NCBI GenBank assembly: GCA_045118975.1
Contig: JBGVCT010000003.1
Span: forward strand, 17,780-81,779
Direction of reading: 5' to 3'
Length of the DNA: 64,000 nt
DNA from: Bacilli bacterium
Lineage (GTDB): Bacteria; Bacillota_I; Bacilli_A; RFN20; DUOF01
Shown here: positions 8,219-17,059 of the stretch, in pieces
Position numbering within the stretch: position 1 is the first letter of the stretch
How the letters are laid out: each line of letters starts with the position of its first letter
Translations under genes and position numbers: made by a program
The notes under the pieces: model-generated
Seen by the model: the letters and a program-made list of their open reading frames with translations, nothing else
Told to the model about the DNA's origin: nothing
The model's database searches: none

Positions 8219-10619
8219 CTATAACATCCCCTGCTTGTTTTTCATTAATCTTTTTACCATCAGGAGTAACAAAGATTATTCTAAACTTTAAATTTAATGT
8301 TCTAGCAGCAACTTCCAAAGCAATATGATCATTTACTTCTTCAAACATTTCAAATCCTCTATTAGTATATGTATGAATAGGATCTTTTTGCTCATACTTT
8401 AAATATTCAACAGCCTTGTGGAACTTATCCATATTATCTATATGTTCAGTCCAATGCTTATCAAACACAGCTAACGCTACAGCTTTTTCTTGTTTATATA
8501 ATTCACTAGCAGGAATACTCTTATATTTAGTTTCCAAAACATCTACAAGAGTATCTCTAACTTTATCTTTTACTTCATCAACTTCACATCCATCAAAAGA
8601 TCCATCTGGGAAGTCAATATATACTTGTATGTGTTGCTTAATTAGTGCTTCTAACATTCTTTCATCAATTGCCAAATCTCCATCAACTTCTGTTACAGAA
8701 TGTTCAACCAAATAATCAGCTGCCTCTCTATATAGCTTTAAGATGATATCTTTAGGATCTTCACACGCTAAAATTTCATCTCTTCTTCTATACATAATTT
8801 CTCTTTGTTCTCTTAAAACCTCATCATACTTTAATAAATATTTACGATGGTCAAACTTTAATCCTTCAACCCTAAGTTGAGCAACAGATAACATCTTAGT
8901 TAAGAATGGTGAATCTATAGAATCACCTTGTAAATGTTTCTTTAACAATGCATTGTTTTGTAATTTTTCTTCATCGAAATGCTTCATTAAATTGTCATGA
9001 ATAGAAACATAGAATTTAGAATATCCTGGATCCCCTTGTCTACCACTACGTCCTCTTAATTGGTTATCAACACGTCTTGAATCATTTCTCTCACTTCCAA
9101 GAACAGCAAGTCCGCCCAGTTCTCTAACGCCCTCGCCAAGCTTAATGTCAGTACCTCTACCTGCCATGTTAGTAGCAATTGTTACCGCACCTTTTTGTCC
9201 AGCAAGTGCAACAATCTCTGCTTCTCTAGCATTATTTTTAGCATTTAAAACTTCGTGTTTTATTCCTCTTTTCTTAATAAGACTAGATAAATACTCACTC
9301 ACTTCTACTGAAGATGTACCAATAAGTACTGGTTGTCCAACAGCATGCCTTCTTTCTAAATCTGCAATTAAAGCTTCATATTTTTCTTTTAAAGAATAAT
9401 ACATTGAATCTACATCATCTATTCTTTGAACTGGTTTATTTGTTGGAATAACAACAACTCTCATATTATATATGTTAGTTAATTCTTCTTCTTCGGTTTT
9501 AGCAGTACCAGTCATACCACTCAACTTGTTATATAATCTAAAGAAATTTTGGAAGGTTATCTTAGCTAGAGTTATTGTTTCTCTTTTTATTGTTAAACCT
9601 TCTTTTGCCTCTATTGCTTGGTTCAAACCTTCACTATATGCTCTACCAGGAAGTTTTCTACCTGTGTTTTGGTCAATAAGCATAATTTCTCCATTATCAA
9701 CCATATAGTCAATATCTCTTTTCATAACATAATTAGCCTTTAAAGCATTACCTATAAGGTGAACTAATGAAGCATTATCAATATCAAACAAATTCTTTAA
9801 TCCAAAGAATTTTTCAGCAGCAGCCACACCACTTTCAGTTAATACAGCTGTTCTAGATTTTTGATCATATGTATATTGACTATTATTTAATGATTTAGCA
9901 AACCTATCAGCAGGTTGATATTGATTAGAGGTCTCTTTACTTCCTCCTGATAGAATAAGAGGAACACTACCCTCATCAATTAAAACAGAGTCAGCCTCAT
10001 CTACCAAAGCAAAATTAAGTTCCCTTAAAACTTTGTCTTTAAGATTATTAACTCTATTATCTCTTAGATAATCAAAACCAATTTCGCTACTTGTTGTATA
10101 AGTTACATCGCATAAAAATGCTTCTCTTTTTTGATCGTTTGTTAATTCTCTGGCATTAACACCAACAGTTAATCCTAAGAATTGATAAACTCTTCCCATC
10201 CACTCAGCATCTCTTTTTGCCAAATATTCATTAACTGTAACAACATGAACACCTTTTCCAGATAAAGCATTTAAATAAACAGCCATAGTAGCAGTAAGTG
10301 TCTTACCCTCTCCTGTTCTCATCTCAGCAACATCGCCATTATCTAAAACAAGTGCTCCCATTATTTGAACCTTATAAGGAAACTCACCTAAAACTCTTCT
10401 ATCTGCTTCTCTAGCAACCGCATATGCTTCATACTTAATATCCTTAAGTTGTTTACCATTAGCTAGTTGTTCTTTAAAGTAAGTTGTCTTAGCTTGTAAC
10501 TCTTCATCAGTCAATTTAGACATTTCTTCTTCGTATTTTAAAACTTCTTCAGTTTCTTTTAATATTTTCTTAAGTCTTCTCTCGTCAACTCTAAATAATT
10601 TATTAATAAATGCACCCAT
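8211..10619 (-). CDS. secA: preprotein translocase ATPase SecA
   Basis: The 802 aa product has Walker A MRTGEGKT, the DEAD-like box VDEADSVLIDE, and preprotein cross-linking and helical scaffold regions. Confidence 0.97.
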   Translation of the reverse strand: MGAFINKLFRVDERRLKKILKETEEVLKYEEEMSKLTDEELQAKTTYFKEQLANGKQLKDIKYEAYAVAREADRRVLGEFPYKVQIMGALVLDNGDVAEMRTGEGKTLTATMAVYLNALSGKGVHVVTVNEYLAKRDAEWMGRVYQFLGLTVGVNARELTNDQKREAFLCDVTYTTSSEIGFDYLRDNRVNNLKDKVLRELNFALVDEADSVLIDEGSVPLILSGGSKETSNQYQPADRFAKSLNNSQYTYDQKSRTAVLTESGVAAAEKFFGLKNLFDIDNASLVHLIGNALKANYVMKRDIDYMVDNGEIMLIDQNTGRKLPGRAYSEGLNQAIEAKEGLTIKRETITLAKITFQNFFRLYNKLSGMTGTAKTEEEELTNIYNMRVVVIPTNKPVQRIDDVDSMYYSLKEKYEALIADLERRHAVGQPVLIGTSSVEVSEYLSSLIKKRGIKHEVLNAKNNAREAEIVALAGQKGAVTIATNMAGRGTDIKLGEGVRELGGLAVLGSERNDSRRVDNQLRGRSGRQGDPGYSKFYVSIHDNLMKHFDEEKLQNNALLKKHLQGDSIDSPFLTKMLSVAQLRVEGLKFDHRKYLLKYDEVLREQREIMYRRRDEILACEDPKDIILKLYREAADYLVEHSVTEVDGDLAIDERMLEALIKQHIQVYIDFPDGSFDGCEVDEVKDKVRDTLVDVLETKYKSIPASELYKQEKAVALAVFDKHWTEHIDNMDKFHKAVEYLKYEQKDPIHTYTNRGFEMFEEVNDHIALEVAARTLNLKFRIIFVTPDGKKINEKQAGDVIDV

Positions 10620-10684
10620 ATTATCTTCCTCTCTTCAACAAATAATATTCTACCACAAATATTATAATTTATTTATAATATTTT

Positions 10685-10712
10685 AAATAAAAATAGGAAC
10701 CCAAAGGTTCCT
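10685..10712 (-). terminator. rho-independent terminator of the cold-shock gene
   Basis: Hairpin AGGAACC-tttg-GGTTCCT followed by a T-rich run on the minus strand. Confidence 0.6.
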
Positions 10713-10718
10713 TTTTAA

Positions 10719-10922
10719 TTATTTAACTAGAGTCACAACATTTTGCGCTTGAGGCCCTTGAGAAGTTTCAAGTAATTCAAACTCCACCTCTTGCCCTTCT
10801 TGAAGAGTTTTATAGCCATCATAAACGATTTGGCTATAGTGTACAAATATGTCTTGTCCCTCTCCTCTATTAATGAATCCATAACCCTTGTTAGCATTAA
10901 ACCATTTAACTTTTCCTGTCAT
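10719..10922 (-). CDS. cspA: cold-shock protein (CSD)
   Basis: The 67 aa product has RNP1 KGYGFI and RNP2 VFVHY. Confidence 0.95.
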   Translation of the reverse strand: MTGKVKWFNANKGYGFINRGEGQDIFVHYSQIVYDGYKTLQEGQEVEFELLETSQGPQAQNVVTLVK

Positions 10923-10986
10923 TCATTATCACTCCTTTTTGTTTAATTACTTACAAACTAATTTTATTTATTTTTATTAATTCTAA

Positions 10987-11589
10987 TCAAACATTTTCGT
11001 TCCCCTCAAATCGACAATTGCTAGCCAAAACGAGTGCCTTTATAGCAATATTTGTCGGTAATAATCCAATTATAGTTTTAAGCGTCGACAAAGATGTGGT
11101 AACATCATCTAAAATTAATACACGCTTAACATTCTTTAGCTTACTTTTGTCGATTTTTATAATATTTTTTACTGCATTTCTATCCTTCATTTTCTGATCT
11201 GACTGCTTATAATTTTTTGATTTTCTCAAACAATCAATTATTGGTAGACCAAGAACTTTTGCAATCTCAGTTATATGATTAAAACCTCTTTTTTTATCAT
11301 CTCCTTTATAGCTTGGAGCGCAAACTATAAAATGGTTTTTATACTTTCTTTTCAACCTAACTATATAATTGTTTAAAAATGCATCCTTAAGTAGATAATC
11401 ATAACACCCTTTGTACCGGTATAATATTTCTTTAAAGAAATCATTGTACTTATATAAAATTAGCACCTCTACTTTATCTAATAAGATAGTTTTTTCCATT
11501 ACCTCAAATCGATCAATACAACTTTTACACACTTTAAGAGGAACTATTGTCTCTTCAACAGAGTTGAAACATATAAGACATTTATTCAT
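10987..11589 (-). CDS. comFC: ComF family protein ComFC (phosphoribosyltransferase-like)
   Basis: It has N-terminal Cys pairs (CLICF...CKSC) and the PRT motif VLILDDVTTS. It overlaps comFA. Confidence 0.8.
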   Translation of the reverse strand: MNKCLICFNSVEETIVPLKVCKSCIDRFEVMEKTILLDKVEVLILYKYNDFFKEILYRYKGCYDYLLKDAFLNNYIVRLKRKYKNHFIVCAPSYKGDDKKRGFNHITEIAKVLGLPIIDCLRKSKNYKQSDQKMKDRNAVKNIIKIDKSKLKNVKRVLILDDVTTSLSTLKTIIGLLPTNIAIKALVLASNCRFEGNENV

Positions 11590-12670
11590 TCGCTCTTTTT
11601 AACTCCTTTATAGTGAGTCTAACATTCCTACTTTTATGATTTACTAAAAATAATATTTCTCCATGCGGATAATCTTTTTTTCTCCCCACTCTGCCAGAAA
11701 TTTGAACCAAATTCTCATATCCAAACAAAGAACTATCTGCTTTAAAGACTATAACATGACAATTTCTAAATGTTATCCCTCTTTCAAGTACTAATGTTGT
11801 CAATATAATTCCCTTTTCTAATTTATGAAATCTATATAGTAAGTTGTTTCTATCACTTACTTTTGAATTAATCAAAAAGAAGTCATGCTTAAATTTCTTA
11901 GAAAACTTTATTTGTTCTTTTATAGTAGGAAAATATATAAGCACTAAATCGTTTTTATGTCTTTTTATAAATCTCTCTATTTCCCAATTAAAAAACATAT
12001 ATCTAATCTTTGGTATATCTAACTTTTCCCCATGATATCTCTTATTTAAATAATATGTATGTTCAGTGTTTAACCCTTTTGGAATTGTGGCACTCATATA
12101 AAAGATATTGCCTTTTGAGGCATTATGCAAAAACCTTTGCAAAAGCAGGTTTCCCCTATATGGAAACGCATCTACCTCATCTATAATTACTAAATCAAAG
12201 TAATTATTATATCTATATAGTTGATGTGTTGTTAGTATAACTATATCAGAGTTTAACTCTTTAGCATGTCCTCCATATACTGAAACAACACTCGAACTTT
12301 TAAAATCCTTTTCAATTCTTTTACACAATTCAATTACTACATCTTTTCTAGGAATTGCCACAGCCACTTTCAAATTATTCTTTACGCAATATTTTATACA
12401 ATCATATATAATTTCTGTTTTTCCTGCACCTGTAACAGCCTTTAAAGTTGCATCTTTTCCTTCCTTAAGACTAGAAAGTAAAAATTCACTTGCCTTTAAT
12501 TGATCATTAGTCAAATCATAGTCTAATTTATATTCACCATCGCCATGAAAATATGTTTGTTCTCTATCAAACTTGTAACTTAAACAAACCCTGCAAACCC
12601 AAACTCCACCCCTACGCATAAATAACTCTTTGTTTCCATTACCACATCTTGGACACCTCATTTCTATCAC
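11582..12670 (-). CDS. comFA: competence helicase ComFA-like (DEAD/DEAH box)
   Basis: It has an N-terminal zinc ribbon (CPRCG...CRVC), Walker A TGAGKT, the box IIDEVD and helicase C motifs. Confidence 0.8.
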   Translation of the reverse strand: MIEMRCPRCGNGNKELFMRRGGVWVCRVCLSYKFDREQTYFHGDGEYKLDYDLTNDQLKASEFLLSSLKEGKDATLKAVTGAGKTEIIYDCIKYCVKNNLKVAVAIPRKDVVIELCKRIEKDFKSSSVVSVYGGHAKELNSDIVILTTHQLYRYNNYFDLVIIDEVDAFPYRGNLLLQRFLHNASKGNIFYMSATIPKGLNTEHTYYLNKRYHGEKLDIPKIRYMFFNWEIERFIKRHKNDLVLIYFPTIKEQIKFSKKFKHDFFLINSKVSDRNNLLYRFHKLEKGIILTTLVLERGITFRNCHVIVFKADSSLFGYENLVQISGRVGRKKDYPHGEILFLVNHKSRNVRLTIKELKRANE

Positions 12671-12765
12671 CTAAGGCCATATTAACATGATTACTATCCA
12701 TAAAAATCTCAACTTTGTCTCAACTTTACCTTTATATGATATATAATATATTTAGGGTGAGAGAT

Positions 12766-13338
12766 GTGAAAACTATAAACAGAGAATTATCTTATATAGA
12801 AATTATAAAGAAATCTAAATTTCTTACTTTTTTACACCCCATAACAAGCGCTAATCAAGCAAAAGAAATTCTAGAAAATTATAAAAAAGAATATAGTGAT
12901 GCAACACATATTTGCTACGCCTATATTCTAGATGAAAATACATTTAAATATTATGACGATGGAGAACCTTCTTCAAGTGCAGGTGCCCCTATCTATCAAT
13001 CGCTAAAAAATCATGATGTTATATATACTCTAGCGATAGTTATTCGCTACTTTGGAGGCACAAAATTAGGTGTAGGTGGTCTAACTAGAGCTTATGCAAG
13101 TGGAGTATTATCGCTAATTGCCAATAACCTTGTTGAATACAAAAAATATGAAGAATACATCGTAGAGATTCCCTATTCTTTATATGATAGTTTTACATAC
13201 CACATAAATAATAAAGGAATTGCCCTTAACGATAAGCAATTCCTTGATAATATATTCATTTCTTTAAACTTAGATGAAGATAGCCTTATTGAATTAAAAG
13301 AACTATTTCCATCACTAGATTTTATTTTATCAAAATAA
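12766..13338 (+). CDS. yigZ: YigZ/IMPACT family protein (UPF0029)
   Basis: The sequence EIIKKSKFLTF...DATHICYAY...DDGEPSSSAG...VVIRYFGGTKLG matches the YigZ N-domain. The start is assigned to the GTG after the AGGGTGAGAG RBS; the track TTG at 12715 is probably an over-extension. Confidence 0.8.
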   Translation: MKTINRELSYIEIIKKSKFLTFLHPITSANQAKEILENYKKEYSDATHICYAYILDENTFKYYDDGEPSSSAGAPIYQSLKNHDVIYTLAIVIRYFGGTKLGVGGLTRAYASGVLSLIANNLVEYKKYEEYIVEIPYSLYDSFTYHINNKGIALNDKQFLDNIFISLNLDEDSLIELKELFPSLDFILSK

Positions 13339-14046
13339 ATCTCCGACAATACCTGCAATAGTATTTAATATAGCCAATAAGAATATTGCTACACCAAAGA
13401 AAGCAAAAGCTTTAAGTTTTTCTTTTCTGACTTCTGGTTGATCTGCATATCTAGCAATATCTATACCTAGAAGTATACCTTTAATTACTAACACTATTCC
13501 TAAAATAGCATAAATAATGTAAATAATATATGTTTTACAAAAGACTACAATCTTTTCAATCCACGTTAAAGCTTCTTCTGCATATTTATCTTCGCTTCTT
13601 TCTTCATTAAAAGAAGCGTTTTCTTTTATGTATTCAAATTCAACATCTAATTCTCCTGGTGATTCTGAATCTATCGCAGCAGGATATTGTTTAAACTCTG
13701 CTGTTACTTTCAAAGTATAGGTAACTCCATTACTCATTTCAAAATACTCAGTCAGATAGAAATCAACATAGCCACCAGAAGTATATTGTTCATTGAATTC
13801 TTTTATAGTAGGCTCTACAATCCCACAACTATTCTTAGGACAAAGGGTAAGTTTTACATTTTCCGCTTTGTATTTAAATGACACTCTTACAACATAATCA
13901 TCATAGACAGTAAAACTTCCAACTTCTCCCTCTCCTGGATATATAACCGTTGAATACCCATAAGAAGAACGTGCATCTACTGTAGTTGGGTTCAAAAACA
14001 ATATCCCTATAAGTAGTAAAAATATTGATAATAACTTCTTTTTCAT
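13330..14046 (-). CDS. secreted protein with a VirB2/TrbC-like C-terminal two-helix hairpin (putative pilin-like T4SS component)
   Basis: It has a signal peptide (MKKKLLSIFLLLIGILFLNPTTVDA|RS), an ectodomain of about 140 aa, and then the hairpin YAILGIVLVIKGILLGIDIARYADQPEVRKEKLKAFAFFGVAIFLLAILNTIAGIV. Confidence 0.45.
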   Translation of the reverse strand: MKKKLLSIFLLLIGILFLNPTTVDARSSYGYSTVIYPGEGEVGSFTVYDDYVVRVSFKYKAENVKLTLCPKNSCGIVEPTIKEFNEQYTSGGYVDFYLTEYFEMSNGVTYTLKVTAEFKQYPAAIDSESPGELDVEFEYIKENASFNEERSEDKYAEEALTWIEKIVVFCKTYIIYIIYAILGIVLVIKGILLGIDIARYADQPEVRKEKLKAFAFFGVAIFLLAILNTIAGIVGDLF

Positions 14047-15320
14047 TAGATAAATCCTACCATCAACTCAGCAATAGCTTCTACAATATCAGTAAAGAAC
14101 CATACGATTACCATTATAATAACCAATGACACAAATAGTGCAACCAAGTGTTTAATATTATCTCTTCTAACATCTGGCTCATCACTAGCCTTAACTATTC
14201 CAACTATCAAAATTGTTCCCCTTACAAGCAACAATACTCCTAAACCTATTTCTAGAATTGGTCTTATATATTCTTGGAATATTTGTATAAATTCTTCTAA
14301 TTTTTCATTATCTATTAATTTACCAGGAGTCATTGCTACAAGACCTGCAACTTGATCCACATAAGTAAGCGTTTGAGTTCTAAGTTCATAATCGCTATCA
14401 ACAACATCAGGAGCAGCTGCATTAGTAAATACATTTGTATTAGAAACAATAGCAGTATCACTAGGACTCCTTACTGAAGCAACATTTAAGAATTGTGCTT
14501 TTGTTGTTAACATTGTATTAATATGGTAAGTAATTCTTGATGTTCCTTCTGGATCTGATGAATCTGGAGCAGTAACTGACATTGTTACAATAACATAAGC
14601 TCCTGATGAATAAGCCATATTTCTTACTCTATCTGGCATATGTTCTATTACATTATATTTATTATAAATAACTCCAGCATCATTTGTTATTTTATTAAAT
14701 CCATTTGCTTCCATTGTAATTTCAGTAAATGATAAGTTTCCATATTTACCCTCATTTTGCCAAGTACCATGATTAGCATCCACTGTACTATTGATTTTTT
14801 TTGCATGATTACACAATTTATAACCACCTGAAGGATTTGTACAAGCAACATATACAGTGCTACTATGATCATTATCTGTTAAACCAGCGATAGAATAATA
14901 AATATCAAGTTTTGATATTTCTATGTCATTTTGAAGTCTTACAGTCAAATTAGAGTACTCATCCACATAAAATTGAGCAACCGCAGATTTCAATTCGTTT
15001 CCACTACACAAGATATTTCCTACCTTATTCCAATTATTAAAGTTAGTAGAAGCAGTACATAAATCATCTGAGGCATTCAGTAATTTACTTTCCGAAATAG
15101 GAGATGGCCCTACATCATTATCAAGCGTGAATGAAGATTTATATAACGCTTGCCTAACTGAATAAAGTCCTGAGTATTCAGTTTCAGAACGTTGAATTAA
15201 AGCCCCATACACTACTATAGTTCCATCATCTTGAGCAGCATAAACTTTTTCTGTAGTTTTTATTGGCATCATTATTAAAATCAATAAAAATGTTGCAACT
15301 AATGAGAATATTTTTTTCAT
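14046..15320 (-). CDS. secreted protein with a VirB2/TrbC-like C-terminal two-helix hairpin (paralogous tail to 13330-14046)
   Basis: It has a signal peptide (…KVYA|AQ), an ectodomain of about 320 aa, and then LEIGLGVLLLVRGTILIVGIVKASDEPDVRRDNIKHLVALFVSLVIIMVIVWFF. An ATGA overlap joins it to the next gene. Confidence 0.45.
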   Translation of the reverse strand: MKKIFSLVATFLLILIMMPIKTTEKVYAAQDDGTIVVYGALIQRSETEYSGLYSVRQALYKSSFTLDNDVGPSPISESKLLNASDDLCTASTNFNNWNKVGNILCSGNELKSAVAQFYVDEYSNLTVRLQNDIEISKLDIYYSIAGLTDNDHSSTVYVACTNPSGGYKLCNHAKKINSTVDANHGTWQNEGKYGNLSFTEITMEANGFNKITNDAGVIYNKYNVIEHMPDRVRNMAYSSGAYVIVTMSVTAPDSSDPEGTSRITYHINTMLTTKAQFLNVASVRSPSDTAIVSNTNVFTNAAAPDVVDSDYELRTQTLTYVDQVAGLVAMTPGKLIDNEKLEEFIQIFQEYIRPILEIGLGVLLLVRGTILIVGIVKASDEPDVRRDNIKHLVALFVSLVIIMVIVWFFTDIVEAIAELMVGFI

Positions 15321-15342
15321 TACAAATCACACCCTTATTTCA

Positions 15343-15371
15343 ATTATATATTTTTCAAAATATATAATCAA
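15343..15371 (-). promoter_or_regulatory. sigma-A-type promoter for the pilin-like gene pair
   Basis: On the minus strand, TTGATT is followed by 17 nt and then TATAAT, about 22 nt upstream of the ATG at 15320. Confidence 0.4.
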
Positions 15372-15396
15372 CATAGCAAGAGCAAATTGCTTAAAA

Positions 15397-15419
15397 ATAA
15401 AAAACTCCCTAAGGAGTTA
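15397..15419 (-). terminator. rho-independent terminator of spoIIQ
   Basis: Hairpin AACTCC-ttag-GGAGTT followed by T6. It overlaps the stop codon. Confidence 0.55.
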
Positions 15420-16061
15420 AATATCTTTTATGTTTTTAGAAATATTGGCAAGTGGATTAATATACTTGCCGTTTTTTAACAAAGAAAAATTCAAATGATT
15501 GCCCATATTAGAATGAATTGTATTAGTGCCTGCTTTACCTATCAAATCACCTTGTTTAACAACATCTCCAACTTTTAAAGAAACATCTGTCAAACTAGAA
15601 TATGTCGCTACCAATCCATTTTCATTTTCTATGATTACACTCAATCCATACATTGGATCAACCACTTTGTCTACAACCTTTCCAGAAAAAGAAGAAACGA
15701 CTTCAAAGTTATGATTGTTATAAAAATAATCCACCCCATTTGAAGGAGTATAACTACCATTATAATAAACTAATGCTTTTTCTCTTTTACTCGCATCATC
15801 ATTTAAATCATAGTAGTAAGTTTTAATTTGAGCATTAACTTTGAATGGAAGTTGCATTTTTTCTTCTGTTATAACAACAATTTCTTCTTCCTTTTCCTCT
15901 TCTTTTTCCACAACACTATCACTAACTACTTCACTCTCTTCATTATCGCTAATGGATATCCCAATAATTCCAGCACCCAATATTCCAACCAAAAAAGTAG
16001 TTAATATTGTGTATTTTGTAGCTTTAGTTAATTTAATTTCTCTTAGTTTTTCCTTTTCCAT
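15417..16061 (-). CDS. spoIIQ: stage II sporulation protein Q (degenerate LytM/M23 domain)
   Basis: An N-terminal TM anchor is followed by REKALVYYNGSYTPSNGVD...SGKVVDKVVDPMYGLSVIIENENGLVATYSSL...VKQGDLIGKAG...GNHLNFSLLKNGKYINPL. From memory, this is collinear with B. subtilis SpoIIQ. Confidence 0.75.
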   Translation of the reverse strand: MEKEKLREIKLTKATKYTILTTFLVGILGAGIIGISISDNEESEVVSDSVVEKEEEKEEEIVVITEEKMQLPFKVNAQIKTYYYDLNDDASKREKALVYYNGSYTPSNGVDYFYNNHNFEVVSSFSGKVVDKVVDPMYGLSVIIENENGLVATYSSLTDVSLKVGDVVKQGDLIGKAGTNTIHSNMGNHLNFSLLKNGKYINPLANISKNIKDI

Positions 16062-16079
16062 TATCTTTCACCTCAATAA

Positions 16080-16110
16080 TAAGTTTTCCACCTATTTTGA
16101 GATTTATACA
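16080..16110 (-). promoter_or_regulatory. candidate sigma-F-type promoter of spoIIQ
   Basis: On the minus strand, TGTATA is followed by 15 nt and then GGAAAACTTA. The recalled B. subtilis sigma-F consensus is GYATA-15-GGnnAnAHTR, which gives one mismatch. Confidence 0.3.
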
Positions 16111-16116
16111 ATTATT

Positions 16117-16563
16117 TTAATGAGTATTTTCGTATTCACTAATCATGTTTATTCTAACAGTGTGTTGCTCCCCTAAAAATTCAGTATTAACTAATTCTTT
16201 AACCATCAAAAAAGCCTCATCAAGATTAGTTTTTTCTGCCCCTAAAGCAATTGCGTTTGCATTAATATGTGCTTTAGCTCTAGCAACATCACTAGAAGTA
16301 ACCGCTAATGTGCACCTAATCCCTTTAACCTTATTTGCAGCCACACAAACTCCATCCCCTGAACCACATATAACCATGGCATAGTTAGATTCATTTTTAG
16401 AAACGCTCTCAGCAGCTTTAAAAGCATATATAGGGAAGTCACATCTAGTTTCACCTTCACAACCAAAGTCTAAACACTCATATCCTAACTCTTCTTTTAC
16501 TTTTTTCATCAATTCTTCTTTTAATTTATATCCTCTATGATCTGAACAAAATGCTATTTTCAT
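16117..16563 (-). CDS. rpiB: ribose-5-phosphate isomerase B
   Basis: The 148 aa product belongs to the RpiB/LacA family (MKIAFCSDHRGY...VICGSGDGVCVAANK). Confidence 0.9.
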   Translation of the reverse strand: MKIAFCSDHRGYKLKEELMKKVKEELGYECLDFGCEGETRCDFPIYAFKAAESVSKNESNYAMVICGSGDGVCVAANKVKGIRCTLAVTSSDVARAKAHINANAIALGAEKTNLDEAFLMVKELVNTEFLGEQHTVRINMISEYENTH

Positions 16564-16598
16564 AATATCACTCCCACTACAATACTAGCACATAATTT

Positions 16599-16994
16599 TT
16601 ATTTTACAAAAAACTTAGAGAAAAAGAATTTAACTCTTATGTTTGAGTCATCACATGTATTTCTCTTTAAATTACCTTTTATAGAATCTCCCTTTGCCTC
16701 TCCAATAAATATAATGATTTTTCCACCTCTATATTCGCCACGACTTCCCTCAAGAGCAAATCTATCAATGTTTGCTTCAACTGCTTTTGCCACTAATGAT
16801 TCTTCAAGACTAGAAATAACAAGATTATATTCATTTATCAAATGTTCTTTATAAATATATCCTTGTATTACATCTTTATTTTCATTGCTATTTAAAACTA
16901 TTTCATACTCATAATTAAACTCTTTTTTACTGACACTAAACCCACAAAATAGCACGCTTAACCCTAATACAAGTACACAAACCTTTTTATACAT
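16599..16994 (-). CDS. small exported or anchored protein, unknown function
   Basis: It is 131 aa with an N-terminal hydrophobic signal or anchor (VCVLVLGLSVLFCGF). I recognise no family. Confidence 0.5.
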   Translation of the reverse strand: MYKKVCVLVLGLSVLFCGFSVSKKEFNYEYEIVLNSNENKDVIQGYIYKEHLINEYNLVISSLEESLVAKAVEANIDRFALEGSRGEYRGGKIIIFIGEAKGDSIKGNLKRNTCDDSNIRVKFFFSKFFVK

Positions 16995-17035
16995 TTTATC
17001 ACCACTAATAGTCTAGGCACTAATTTCTCATTAAA

Positions 17036-17059
17036 ACAAAAAAGAGCGATAATCGCTCT
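17036..17059 (-). terminator. rho-independent terminator of typA
   Basis: Hairpin AGAGCGA-tta-TCGCTCT followed by T6. Confidence 0.65.
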
